Assembly (NCBI GenBank): GCA_028023455.1
Contig: JAQFVV010000008.1
Span: 18,352,001-18,416,000, forward strand
Reading direction: 5' to 3'
Origin: Epiperipatus broadwayi
Lineage: Eukaryota > Animalia > Onychophora
Length of the DNA: 64,000 nucleotides
The notes under the pieces were generated by a model. The model did not search any database, had not been told where the DNA came from, and was given only the letters and a program-made list of their open reading frames with translations. Position numbers and translations under genes: made by a program. Each line of letters starts with the position of its first letter. Position 1 is the stretch's first letter. This document shows, piece by piece, positions 52,672 to 64,000 of this stretch.

Positions 52672-55129
52672 ATAATAGTTATAATAAAGAATGAAATTTT
52701 TATACTTCCCTAAAATTTATAATACATTAATAAAAAATAAAAATTTTATAGATAGAAATATAAATATAGAATGATCAAATAGTAAAAATCTAGACAAATT
52801 AATATGTAATTATAAAATAAGAGATTATATAAAATAGGAATTGTATATAAAATTAATTGTGGAAATTGCAATATGATTTACTATGGACATACAGGGAAAC
52901 AATTAGATGAAAGAATAACATAACAATGCAATTAATAAGAGATGTTAAATCTACATTATATATTCATTATTTAGAATATGGATGACATAAAAAATGTAAA
53001 ACTTTTAAACTATATTAAAGAACTTAATAAAAGAAAAATATATGAAACTAATTATATTAATCACAACAAACATAATTATATATATAACACCAATTAACTT
53101 AAGTAATAATTGAATAATTAAAAATGAGTTGAAAATAATATATATTTATAGATTCCCCTCCCTCTGTATCATTGTTATAAATTGTTAAATTGAGAAAGGA
53201 AAAGGTGAAGGAAAGAAGAAAGAGGGAAAGGGAGTCAAAAAAAATTTTGTATGTTATATTTGTAAGTATTTGGATTGTCATTTTTATATTATTATTTGTT
53301 CTAGTTAATTTTTTATATATATAAAGACAGATTACACCATGTATGCAATGTAAATTGATGCTTTAAAATAACTCACATTGATAAGAATAAAAAATATTTG
53401 CTGAAAAAAGCTTTTCAATATTATTTTTATAATGTATATACTATTATTGTTGTTGTATAATGATATTTTAATATATATTATGTGATTTATTTATATATAC
53501 ATATGTATTTATATTCGTACTTGGTACAGTCATGAACAATGAAAGAAGCTGTAATAAGAGAATAAGATAAATTAAAAATGAATGGAAATGATATTCTAAA
53601 TTTAATATACTACTTATATATGGTGTAAGATAAATCTAGATATAGTTTACATCTATTTTGACAGGATATTTATTTCAAAATATAATTTCAGTACAGGGTT
53701 TTTATAGTTGCTGGATCTACTATACTATTTTGGATTTTAAAAAGTTAAATATTCATCCTTACTTGGGGCATTATCAAGTCCCTTAAATACTTGAATTATT
53801 TTTAATGTGAGATTCTGTTTATATTCTCTTATTAGAGAAGTATATCTGCTCCTCAGTAAATATATAAAAATTTTAAAACCATATCAATCAATATACTAGA
53901 ATAATAAGTGGTACTTATACATGTTTTGACATGATTATCATTATTATTTCATCACTCATTTCCTCCTAGCATCTATCTTTATATTTACTTATATTCTATT
54001 CCATTACACAATCATTTTCTATTTACCTAGATCAAAACAGAATAGACACAGTTTTCTTTTGTATGTCATTATATTATTGTAATCATTTGCTATTAAAGAT
54101 ACTCTCAAGACTGTATTATTAGTAATAAATAATTTACTAAATCAAAACTTGCAATTCAATTTCAAATCAAATTGCACATAAATGATATGCAAGTAAATTT
54201 TTTTATACATTTTTGTTGAATTAAATTAACTCTTAGTATAACTTCTTATCTTATACTTTTTAAAATATATTACAACTTCTGGTCAAGGTAAATGTTAAAT
54301 TCAATCCAAAATTGATCTATTCACTTGCTATTAGTCTTTAATACTATTTAAGAAGCCAAATTATATGATGTTGGGATATTTTCTAGTAATCCTCATAATG
54401 GTAGAGGCTGGGGCTAGAGATATGTTATGAAGTTCATAGCTCAATATATTTGTAGTAGGCATCACGTCCAGTAATTGAAGTTTGAAAATTATAGAAACTG
54501 AATCTGAGTTGAGGACTAACAGAATTATCTTATTTATATGTTATTAGGATATATCATATGGTGACCTGTATGTAAAACTGGCCTACTTGCATATATAAAC
54601 TGTTGGAGGAAACCCTAATCGTGAAAGATTATAGTGGTATAAATTAAACAATTATACATACATATAGAAGCACAGTTAAAAGAAATATGTTGTCACATGT
54701 ATATATTATATATAAAAATACAGGATAGAAAAATCAACAGATACATATGTAGTAACATTAGTTCAAGAATTAATACTAGCATTATTAAAAAAAACTCAAG
54801 AAAAATCTATTTTTAACAGCAAAAAAAAAAGGAAAATGTGTTCTTCTTAAATTTTTAATTAATATTTTTTAAAACGATTAAACTTTATGAATGGAAAAAG
54901 TGTTCAGGAAAAAAAAAGAGCTTCAAATTTTAACGAAAAAGAGTTTTGAAGAAACTTTCAAAAGTCAAGTAATGTTTTTATAATTTATTCTAAAGAGTTT
55001 TATGATTTAACAATGGTTAATTTTTATTTTCTATGTTAAATGACAGATAATAACATTGAACGCATTGTGATTTAAAGTATATATATACTAAATTATAAGT
55101 AGTCTTTAATAGAAAACATATATATATAT

Positions 55130-55467
55130 GAAAAACAAAAAACAAGTTAAAAACTTGCTAACGCTTGTATTTATGTCAACAGATGGCGTTTTACCAAAAA
55201 CACCGTCAAGCGTATGTTTACATAAACGTCAGAGTATGCATTCACTATCTCTAACTTTAATTCCACTTTCAGATCATGATTTCAAGCTATTTGCTATCAT
55301 CAGTGAAAGACAGGATCTAAACACAAACTCTGAGCGTTTATGAAACAGTTTCTATTCAGCTTGCAAGCGTGAATCTTTTAGACACATAATGTCTTCAAAC
55401 TCAGCTCAGAGTTTGTGTTTAGATCTAGTTTCTAAAATTCCTGTCTTTCACTGATGATAGCAAATAG
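55130..55467 (-). mobile_element. Family C hammerhead-bearing element with an inverted arm
   Basis: Inverted arms ~55286-55335 and ~55405-55467; CpG-rich hairpin at ~55160-55222; left boundary approximate. Confidence 0.7.
55266..55309 (-). ncRNA. Type I hammerhead ribozyme (family C), apparently intact
   Basis: CTTTCA CTGATGA TAGC-AAATA-GCTT GAAA TCATGA TC TGAAAG; 6-bp stem I, palindromic ATCATGAT stem III, AUC cleavage triplet. Confidence 0.85.
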
Positions 55468-55479
55468 GGGCCTATACAC

Positions 55480-56830
55480 AATTAGTTGGTGAATTTTTCA
55501 CTAACTCAACTTCACCCCCATCATGTGCATCTTTCATTAATTCAACATTGACCTGTCATTGATAATTCTGCTGGGTCCAAAAAAACTGTGGATATTTATC
55601 CCATACTTCTGACCCCAACTGCAGTCTTTTAATTATGTTACTATTGATTCTCAAAGGTCTAAATCAATATCTTGTCAATATAAGACTAAGATCTCTTTTC
55701 ACTAAATAGATAGGTAAAAAATTTACTCTGAAACCTTAACGGGTACAGTTAGCATGCTACATCTTTTAATCTTGTTACCATTTACATTTGTGGCTATAAC
55801 ATCTGTTTTCTCTAGTGTTAAATTCTTTCTACATTTTTTCATAATATTTGTTTCTCATAATATTTGTTCAATCAGTTTGTAACATAACACCAATACTGCA
55901 TCACTATCAATTTACATAGTAATTTTGTGCTCACAAATATGGATGTCCAAAAAAATAGGGTTGTCAGCCACTATTTATCTTTTTAACATGTTTTCCTGTT
56001 GAGGCTCCCTTCATATGATTTAAGGTCTATAGGTTGGTCAGTTTTATTATTTTTCTCCTTATTTTCAACAAACACATGACAAATGTCCTACTATTCTGCA
56101 TACATGACATTTTTCTTTTTTTTAATTTGCAACTTTTCTTCAAATGATCATTCTCTCCACAGCAGTAGCAAATCCAGGCATTACAAATATTTCTGCAGTT
56201 TTACTTGTTAGTTTCATATTATTTACAACTATTAGGGGTTTCTTCACATCTTTGCTAATTTGGAATTCTGTAGCATTTTCCAGTACAATTTTATGTGCTA
56301 TGCACTTTTCAGCTGTGTATTTATATGTTAACCCCAGATTACTCAGCAGAACTTGCCTAAGCTGATTATCTGTCATACCCTATAATAGTTGATTGAGGAG
56401 CATGTCATACAGCTCAGAATTAAAATTGCAACCTTTAGCTAATGTTTTTAATTCTGATCATAGTTGTGATATTTTTTATGTGATGTCTGTCTTCTATTTC
56501 AGAATCTGAAGCATGCTATCAGTTTTGATGTCATTAGTTTGCATCTTGCAGAACTTTTTTTCATGATAACAGCATTAGAATTGTTAATTTTAATTTATCG
56601 CCGACTATGTTGTTAATAAACATCTATCTATCTACATATTACAAGTAAATTTTTCAAATTGCTGTCTAGTTTCACAAATCAAATAAGAACTTATACGCTA
56701 TGCTTAGAAAACTTCCTTTTACTTTACTGCAATCTTCCTTGCACAATTTCTTGAGCTGCCAGCTAGTCAATCTTCTATATTCTCTGGGATATTATTGATA
56801 ATACCAGCCAGGCAGCATCAGTAACTAATT
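55480..56830 (-). mobile_element. Internally deleted Mag-type Gypsy fragment (gag, protease, probable integrase tail)
   Basis: LRQVLLSNLGLTY (gag), CYCCGENDHLKKSC...CHVCRIVGHLSCVC, IDSDAV...NVNGNKI (protease), LQLGSEVWDK. Confidence 0.75.
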
Positions 56831-57323
56831 ATAAGAAAACACTAGACACAAAAAACATATCAAAAAAGTTTATTCACTTGATACAAATAAAAATATATAA
56901 GCAAACGAAAAGTAGTATATTAACAATCCTCTTAGAAATTATGATAAAATCTCTATGGTGCAGATTTATCTTTTGGTTGCATGACTTTAAACTTTTCTCA
57001 TGCACAGAATCATTAACATTATTCATTGTTAAAGTATTTAGCTATTTTGCATTTATTGAACATATGCACAATGCATGTTGCTCAATTCACTATACATAAC
57101 ACATGACAATTAACATCTGCAGTTTTAATATTAGTCCAGATCCCACATAAATATACATATATTAGCATACATTAATTTTATTAAAATTCAAATGCACCTA
57201 TAATAATGTAAATTTTCTAGAGTGAATTCATTTAGGAGAAATTTATTCATTTACTATCTGACAGGAGGGATTATTCCTGCTTTTTAATATTCCATATGTA
57301 GTCTGCACTATATATATATATAT

Positions 57324-59229
57324 TGTAATGGTATGCATTCTCTCAACAAAATAAGTTAAGGCAGTCGCATCTCACTATAGTCAGATTTAAGGTCTTCATA
57401 TAGGATGCCACGAATGATGTGATTTAATTTTGATATAAAATTATATCTGTTCCCAAAAAATAACTTATTATTAATAAATTATTATATCTAAACCACATCA
57501 AATCAATTTTCGCCTTAATTGACTTAACTGTTATGCTCAGATTTCGAACTCAGGGAAGTTTAACAATTGATTATCTTCAGGGGTTCCTATCAATATTCTA
57601 AAGTAATATTAATAACAAATCTCACTAACTCTTTAAATTAAATAAAATAAAATTGAAGACTTCATTTAATTTAATATAAAAAACATAATAATTATTTATT
57701 TAACAAATAAATAACTTAAATTTTACAATATATAAAAATAATTTATATATCTACTTCTTTATATTAAAAAAATATAAATATTCTATTTACTTACGTTAGA
57801 TATATTTCCTAACTTATAACACTATGTGATTTTATAACGCATATAAGCTATAAGTATCCAAATATTAAGACTTCTACATTAATACTATTATATATTAATT
57901 AGATTATACAAATAATCCAATTATTTATATATAATGTTTTTATTAGTTAAAATGATTGTATGTAATTTATATTTACTAATATAAAAATATATATTTCTTA
58001 TCAATGTTAGTCATTTATCCACTTATCATGCATTATACTTATTAGACTATTTGGATTAGTATAAACAAAGAAGTGTCATGTCATAAAATTAATAGTATGT
58101 GAATTTAAAATTAATTTAATCTCTTACCTCCAAGTTCACTTTATCCCTCTATATTTTTACATGCCTTTCCCATATTAATATTTCTTAACCTATATCTAAA
58201 TCTTTATTAATCATAAATAAAAATAAAAATATTTTAAATTATGAATTCTCTCTTATTATTCATTTCTTTAATATGATAATAAAGGAAATGAAATTAATCT
58301 TTCCCAATTATAATTTTCAAAAAACTTAAATGGTGTTTATAAAAGTTAATACAATAGTCTCAGATGTTCCTGGAATTCGTAAATGAAAATCCTTCAAAGA
58401 TGCAATTTTTAATTCCTTCATTGTTATACATTGAAAAAAATAATAGGGGATCCCAAGTTGATGTTTAGTATCCTCCTTATATGTAGATTTCATCTTGTTA
58501 ACACAGAGTTCCTTTAACTTTTATAGGCATTCAGCAAAAGATCTTATTCACACATATATATTTGACTAGGCAAGTGCATTTTATATATCCCATGATAAAT
58601 TGGTTTTCTACCCGCTTTGCATTTTCCTTATAATATAAAGTACATAAATTTAGTTGAAGTTTTTATAAACATGTTCTTTTTAAAATGAAGTTTACAATTA
58701 GAATTCTGATTAGAACGATTTTTTATCAAACACAAAAATATATTCTAACCAAGTAATTTAGAAATTACTTTCTTTAAAAAAAATATTAGAAATTTCTTCT
58801 AATACGTATTAAGTCATTCAAAATATAGATTTTATACTATATACTGTTCTTTTAAATCGAACATAGTATAAGTTTTTATGAGATATAGCTGCAAGAATAG
58901 AAACCTTAATCTTCTAATAAAAATAGAATTATTTTTATATCTTGCTCCATGAGCTTGCTGAAGCATAACACATTCTACATTGTTACAATACAATTCGATA
59001 TTAAAACATTAAGTTAATTTCATTTCCTTTAATTCGATAAACTATGTGTGAACCCAGAGGTCATTCATTACCTTGTCAACCATCTTTTTTCCACATTTTT
59101 TTTCATTTTAAAGAATGAAAAATACTAATTTACTAAATTATATATTTATTTTTATAAATATAATAAGAATACAAATATAATGTATACATATTGATTACAT
59201 GTATGTATGAGTATATATATACTCCTACA
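57324..59229 (-). repeat. 3' LTR
   Basis: About 96-97% identical to 63108 onward in a ~260-bp sample counted by eye; inserted in a TA run. Confidence 0.9.
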
Positions 59230-60149
59230 TTTTCCCCTCGACTAAAAAAATTAAAATAAACTAATATTTTATTTTAATTCTTCATCTTTGTTAACATTTA
59301 TGCATCATAACAATTCATATATATATATATTTTATTTTCCTCTCGACTTAAGATTTTAAATTCTTCATCAATTATTAGAGGGAAAAAAGTATTATTAATT
59401 ATTATATTTAATAATAATTAAATTGTTTTATCGGCAATTGTTTTTTTTTTTTAATAATGTCTTAAATATGGTACATCTCATATAATTTGTTTTAATAAAA
59501 TCATAGATTAAATGTACTGACTACTTTATTTTAACCTTATTATCTATTAAAGTTAAATAATGTAATACTTTATTATGCAAAAATCATTATATAGATTACT
59601 TTCTTTTTATTCACTTCTTTTAATTAATTTTTATTTAATGTATCCTTATCAATGGTATATCAAAATAATTATATGGTAGAAAACCTAATTATTTTATAAC
59701 TAAGTTTTAATTAGTTTGTTCATAAGTATTTTATGTATAAATCAATTTAAAATGCCAATCCTGCTCCTTATTGAGACTTACTAGACTATCACTGACATCC
59801 AATAAATGAATATACATAAACTTATTTAAAGGTGCCAATCCTGCTTCTTAATTTTTGCGACTTACTAGATTATGTTTAGCATCCAATAAATATATTAGTT
59901 GGAATTCATTTGTGAACTTGCCAACCTATAAGTAACCAGTCTTCTGTTTCCATATTAATGATATGATCCACCTTAGTTAGACACAATTATATATTGTATT
60001 TCCTTCTCTTTCATATCTTAATTCTTTACATTTCTTCACTATAATCCTAATAATTATTACATAATTTAGGTATTACATAACTTATGGTAATTGATTATTT
60101 AAGACAATTATTATATTTTTCCTCAATAGGGCTTTAATATATAAATACA

Positions 60150-60728
60150 TTATAATTTATTAACATTATTGCCATCAATCAAATTTGATTCAGCAATTTT
60201 TGATTTTACAAGTATTTCTGATATGTTTGAAATCATACAACCAATTTCAAATAAATCATACTTTGGAGATAATGTCATCTTTAAAACTTCATCACCTACA
60301 TTAATTATCTTATTTTTAAAGTCAATCAGACATTTGTTCAGATGTAAAAAATCTACTCCCAATATCATTTCATGAATAAGTCCAGTTAATATCAAAAATA
60401 CATGATAAATACATGTTTGATTAATAGTTAGTTTGATCCAGATTTGCTTTCGAATTAATTTTGCCCTTTTATTGTTAGCTAGGGTAATCTGTACTGATTT
60501 TAGAGGTAAGGTTTTAATATGTGGATTTTTATCCATCAACCTTTTATAAAACTCTTCAGATATTTGGCTACCACTATCTAATAAGGCTCTAATTTGCAAA
60601 TCTTCAAACATAATATTAATTAATGGACAATTTTGTACAGCATACTTGGGCTCATCATCTTCCTCTGAACATATTATGTTGGTGATTTGTTTAACTACAA
60701 TTTTATTTTTGTTCCTCGTTTTAAACAT
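60150..60728 (-). CDS. pro: Retroviral-type aspartic protease (slightly damaged)
   Basis: CPLINIMFEDLQIRALLDSGSQ...ITLANNK...ILGVDFL. Confidence 0.85.
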   Translation of the reverse strand: MFKTRNKNKIVVKQITNIICSEEDDEPKYAVQNCPLINIMFEDLQIRALLDSGSQISEEFYKRLMDKNPHIKTLPLKSVQITLANNKRAKLIRKQIWIKLTINQTCIYHVFLILTGLIHEMILGVDFLHLNKCLIDFKNKIINVGDEVLKMTLSPKYDLFEIGCMISNISEILVKSKIAESNLIDGNNVNKL

Positions 60729-60766
60729 GGGTCTTTGAGAAGAGGAACTATTTCCGAAGACCCTCT

Positions 60767-62017
60767 TTAATTTAATTTTGCTGTTGTTTTGGGTAAATTT
60801 TTATTATACCCTATTTTACTTTTATTTAATCCACTAGTAGATGCTTTACTATTAATTTCTGAAATTTGATGTGTATCAGAACTTAATTTAACTTCTGCAT
60901 TATTATCACTCTTCGTTGTTTTACTTTGTGAATGATTATAAGTCTTATGTTTTCTTTTTTTATAATTAATAGTATTTACTTGAATATTTTCTTTTTTTCT
61001 TTCAAAATAATTTTGATTAACATTTTGGTTATTTGAGTCAATATTATTTAAAATATCTATAATTTGTTCGATATTTTGTGCATTAGAAAATAATAAAGAC
61101 TGCTCAATTTTCATAGGTAAGTTATGTTTTACAATACAAATAATTTGATTTTGGCTAAAATGATATGTATCAAGGGTTTTCAGTTTCGATACTTGTCTTC
61201 TAAAAAATTTAGTAAAGGTTTCACCTGGCATATTTTTATATTTTTCCTGAAGTATTTGATATAACAGTGATTCTTGACGATCATTATTCCAAAAATTCTT
61301 TATCAATAATTTTTGATATTCTTCAAAAGTTTTAGGTATTTGGAATAATGATTCCCACCATGATAAAGCATCACCTTGTAAATGACTGTATGCTACTATC
61401 AATTTTTCATCTTCTGTCAAATTAAAATTTACTGAAAAATATAAATTTAAGCTCTTTAGATGCTCTATTGGAGCTTCATTTGTATACTCTTGGAAATGTT
61501 TTAATTTTACAAATTGATTTACAACATTAGATTGTAATGTGTGATTTGTATTGTTAACATTTTCTTTTTGCAGATTTATTGATGATTGTTGATTGTGATG
61601 GTGAGCAAAGTCTCCTATAGAATAACTAATATTATCATTATTATTTTGTTCCCTTTGCATGTTTTCCATCTCAATTACTATTTCATCTTGATGTTCCTTT
61701 TTATTTGGATCTTCCTTTATCCTATTAATAGCTTCTAATATTTGATTAAATTTATCTGAAGTAGTGTCTTCTTTAATATTAGATAATTTAATCTTTTTAC
61801 AAGCTTGTGTATAATTTTCCATCATTATTTTTCTTTCTTTCTCAAATTCATCCTTCAAAACTTTTATGGTTTGATCTATGGTAATATTTTTATTTTCCAA
61901 TTGATTAAATATCTCCGATTGATTCTCTAATAATATTTCAATATTATCTTTATTTAATTTTAAATCTGAATCAATCAAATTTTGTTTCACATTTAAACAC
62001 TGAAAATCTTTTTCCAT
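60767..62017 (-). CDS. gag: Retrotransposon Gag, capsid half (416 aa open)
   Basis: EAPIEHLKSL, SHLQGDALSWW, GETFTKFFRRQ. Confidence 0.9.
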   Translation of the reverse strand: MEKDFQCLNVKQNLIDSDLKLNKDNIEILLENQSEIFNQLENKNITIDQTIKVLKDEFEKERKIMMENYTQACKKIKLSNIKEDTTSDKFNQILEAINRIKEDPNKKEHQDEIVIEMENMQREQNNNDNISYSIGDFAHHHNQQSSINLQKENVNNTNHTLQSNVVNQFVKLKHFQEYTNEAPIEHLKSLNLYFSVNFNLTEDEKLIVAYSHLQGDALSWWESLFQIPKTFEEYQKLLIKNFWNNDRQESLLYQILQEKYKNMPGETFTKFFRRQVSKLKTLDTYHFSQNQIICIVKHNLPMKIEQSLLFSNAQNIEQIIDILNNIDSNNQNVNQNYFERKKENIQVNTINYKKRKHKTYNHSQSKTTKSDNNAEVKLSSDTHQISEINSKASTSGLNKSKIGYNKNLPKTTAKLN

Positions 62018-62724
62018 AGACTATTCTTTTCTTGGTTATTAATTTCTACGTGGACATCTTTTATTTTCTCATCTATAACCTTTTCAGTCTCTTCTTGGAT
62101 TTTATACATATCAATTTGGAGATGATTGTATACAGTTTTTATTTCTAAAAATTTGTTTTCTACTTTATTTTCTATTTTTGTTTCAAATTCAAAAAATCTT
62201 TTTTGACACTTAAGATCTGTTTCCTCAATAACCTTTTGAATTTTTTGAATTTCATTATTCATATTCGTTTGTATTTGTGATACCTCATCCTTCAAATCTA
62301 TTTTGATATTATCTAATTTTATTGATAATTCATTTGTAATATCTAATTTCATACTTCCCATCTTAATATTCATATTTGTAGACAAATCTACTTTCAGATT
62401 TTCCATCTTATTATTCATACTTTCCATCTTTGTATCTATATTTGTAGATAAATTTTCCATCATTTGTTGCATCATTAACATCATTTGACTTAATGATGGA
62501 TTATTATCACTGGTATTATTTTCTATAGGTTTGTCAATAATATCCATAGTTTCTGGAACATGAATATCTAACATAGAATTACTCTCAGACACACCTATAT
62601 CTATTTGTTCATTGATACTATTCATAGTATCATCAGCTATATTTGAACTAAGTACCTCAGTTTGCATTTCTATATTATTATCAGTATTAGAAGAAAATAT
62701 TTTATACTTACTTCTTGTAATCAT
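61993..62724 (-). CDS. gag: Gag N-terminal coiled-coil part (243 aa), offset by one nucleotide from the capsid ORF
   Basis: MITRSKYK start, heptad-like M/I/L repeats; overlaps the next ORF by 25 nt. Confidence 0.8.
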   Translation of the reverse strand: MITRSKYKIFSSNTDNNIEMQTEVLSSNIADDTMNSINEQIDIGVSESNSMLDIHVPETMDIIDKPIENNTSDNNPSLSQMMLMMQQMMENLSTNIDTKMESMNNKMENLKVDLSTNMNIKMGSMKLDITNELSIKLDNIKIDLKDEVSQIQTNMNNEIQKIQKVIEETDLKCQKRFFEFETKIENKVENKFLEIKTVYNHLQIDMYKIQEETEKVIDEKIKDVHVEINNQEKNSLWKKIFSV

Positions 62725-63006
62725 AAAACTAACTTTATTTTAACTATAACTTTACTTATACGATAATATATTATTTATCATAGGATATTAATGCGATGCC
62801 TTTTTCTTTTCAAAATATATATGTGTTCTTACTCTAATGCCTAATTTTAAAATTATATTTTTAAGCAAGTGATCTATTCATTTAAATTTTAACTATTTAA
62901 TTTTCAAAGTCTCCATTATTTTATTATCTACTATTTTACAATACATTTAATATATGAGATTATTAATAACATTTATCCCTCAAAGTTTTGTATCGCTATA
63001 CAAACA

Positions 63007-63089
63007 ATATAGAATCTATGATTCAAGGCTATAATGATATAGAATCTATGATTCAAGGCTATAATGATATGGAATCTATGATTCAAGGT
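63007..63089. repeat. 30-bp triplication next to the PBS
   Basis: atat(a/g)gaatctatgattcaagg recurs with period 30. Confidence 0.95.
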
Positions 63090-63105
63090 CCCATGTTGGG
63101 CGCCA
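63088..63105 (-). promoter_or_regulatory. Primer-binding site, tRNA-Lys(CUU) type
   Basis: TGGCGCCCAACATGGGAC versus the canonical TGGCGCCCAACGTGGGGC. Confidence 0.85.
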
Positions 63106-63107
63106 TA

Positions 63108-64000
63108 TATAATGGTATGCATTCTCTCAACAAAATAAGTTAAGGCAGTCACATCTCACTATACTCAGATTTAAGGTCTTCATATAGGATGCCATGAATG
63201 ATGTGATTTAATTTTGATATAAAACTATATCTGTTCCCAACAAATAACTTATTATTAATAAATTATTATATCTAAACCACATCAAATCAATTTTCACCTT
63301 AATTGACTTAACCGTTATGCTCAGATTTCGAACTCAGGGAAGTTTAACAATTGATTCTCTTCAGGGGTTCCTATCAATATTCTAAAGTAATATTAATAAC
63401 AAATCTCACTAACTCTTTAAATTAAATAAAATAAAATTGAAGACTTCATTTAATTTAATATAAAAAACATAATAATTATTTATTTAACAAATAAATAACT
63501 TAAATTTTACAATATATAAAAATAATTTATATATCTACTTCTTTATATTAAAAAAATATAAATATTCTATTTACTTACGTTAGATATATTTCCTAACTTA
63601 TAACACTATGTGATTTTATAACGCATATAAGCTATAAGTATCCAAATATTAAGACTTCTACATTAATACTATTATATATTAATTAGATTATACAAATAAT
63701 AATCCAATTATTTATATATAATGTTTCCACTCATTAAAATGATTGTACTTATTTTAGGTTATATATATTTCATATCAATGTTAGTCATTTATCCACTTAT
63801 CATGCATTATACTTATTAGACTATTTGGATTAGTATAAACAAAGTAGTGTCATGTCATAAAAATAATAGTATGTGAATTTAAAATTAATTTAATCTCTTA
63901 CCTCCAAGTTCACTTTATCCCTCTATATTTTTGCATGCCTTTCCCATATTAATATTTCTTAACCTATATCTAAATCTTTATTAATCATAAATAAAAATAA
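63108..64000 (-). repeat. 5' LTR (partial)
   Basis: Collinear with 57324-~58215. Confidence 0.9.

Larger units (their letters stand above)
49940..53240 (+). mobile_element. Decayed Penelope-like element (RT plus GIY-YIG endonuclease) with a 5' inverted terminal copy
   Basis: YFKCNNE...VMGFAISGLISSILMNELE...YYSRYVDETLII (50700-50890), [34 protein letters not shown] (52837 onward); 49940-50290 is the reverse complement of ~52900-53240. Confidence 0.85.
57324..64000 (-). mobile_element. Gag-protease-only LTR element with ~1.9-kb LTRs (5' LTR runs off the window)
   Basis: LTR 57324-59229 (TGTAAT...CTACA) repeated from 63108; PPT GAGGGGAAAA (59230-59239); PBS TGGCGCCCAAC (63095-63105); no RT/RNase H/integrase motifs seen in the 3.9-kb interior. 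Confidence 0.9.

Noticed and set aside
213-60375. The many 60-126 aa ORFs in the supplied track as genes
   Set aside because: Mostly antisense shadows of TE remnants, low-complexity sequence or chance ORFs in AT-rich DNA
61993-62017. Programmed frameshift within gag
   Set aside because: No canonical slippery heptamer or downstream structure; a 1-nt deletion explains it more simply

Overview
Very AT-rich eukaryotic (probably invertebrate animal) DNA with no recognisable intact host gene; almost everything identifiable is transposon-derived and nested. (1) Decayed LINEs: RTE-clade pieces and L1/Tx1-like pieces. (2) Two Mag-type Ty3/Gypsy elements, one with both LTRs. (3) Two related long-LTR elements that encode only gag (9507-18658) or gag plus protease (57324 to beyond the window end), with no RT, RNase H or integrase. 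(4) A decayed Penelope-like element with RT, GIY-YIG endonuclease and an inverted terminal copy. (5) hAT and Tc1/mariner MITEs, a tRNA-derived SINE, fold-backs, a 165-bp higher-order satellite and a CpG-rich putative promoter near 30 kb. The most notable signal is three unrelated families of small non-coding elements (A, B, C), each carrying a minimal type I hammerhead ribozyme with a palindromic stem III. They occur as tandem and inverted, circularly permuted monomers, two of them with clear 12-15 bp target-site duplications, i.e. candidate retrozymes or Penelope-mobilised ribozyme elements. All alignments, identities and counts were done by eye.
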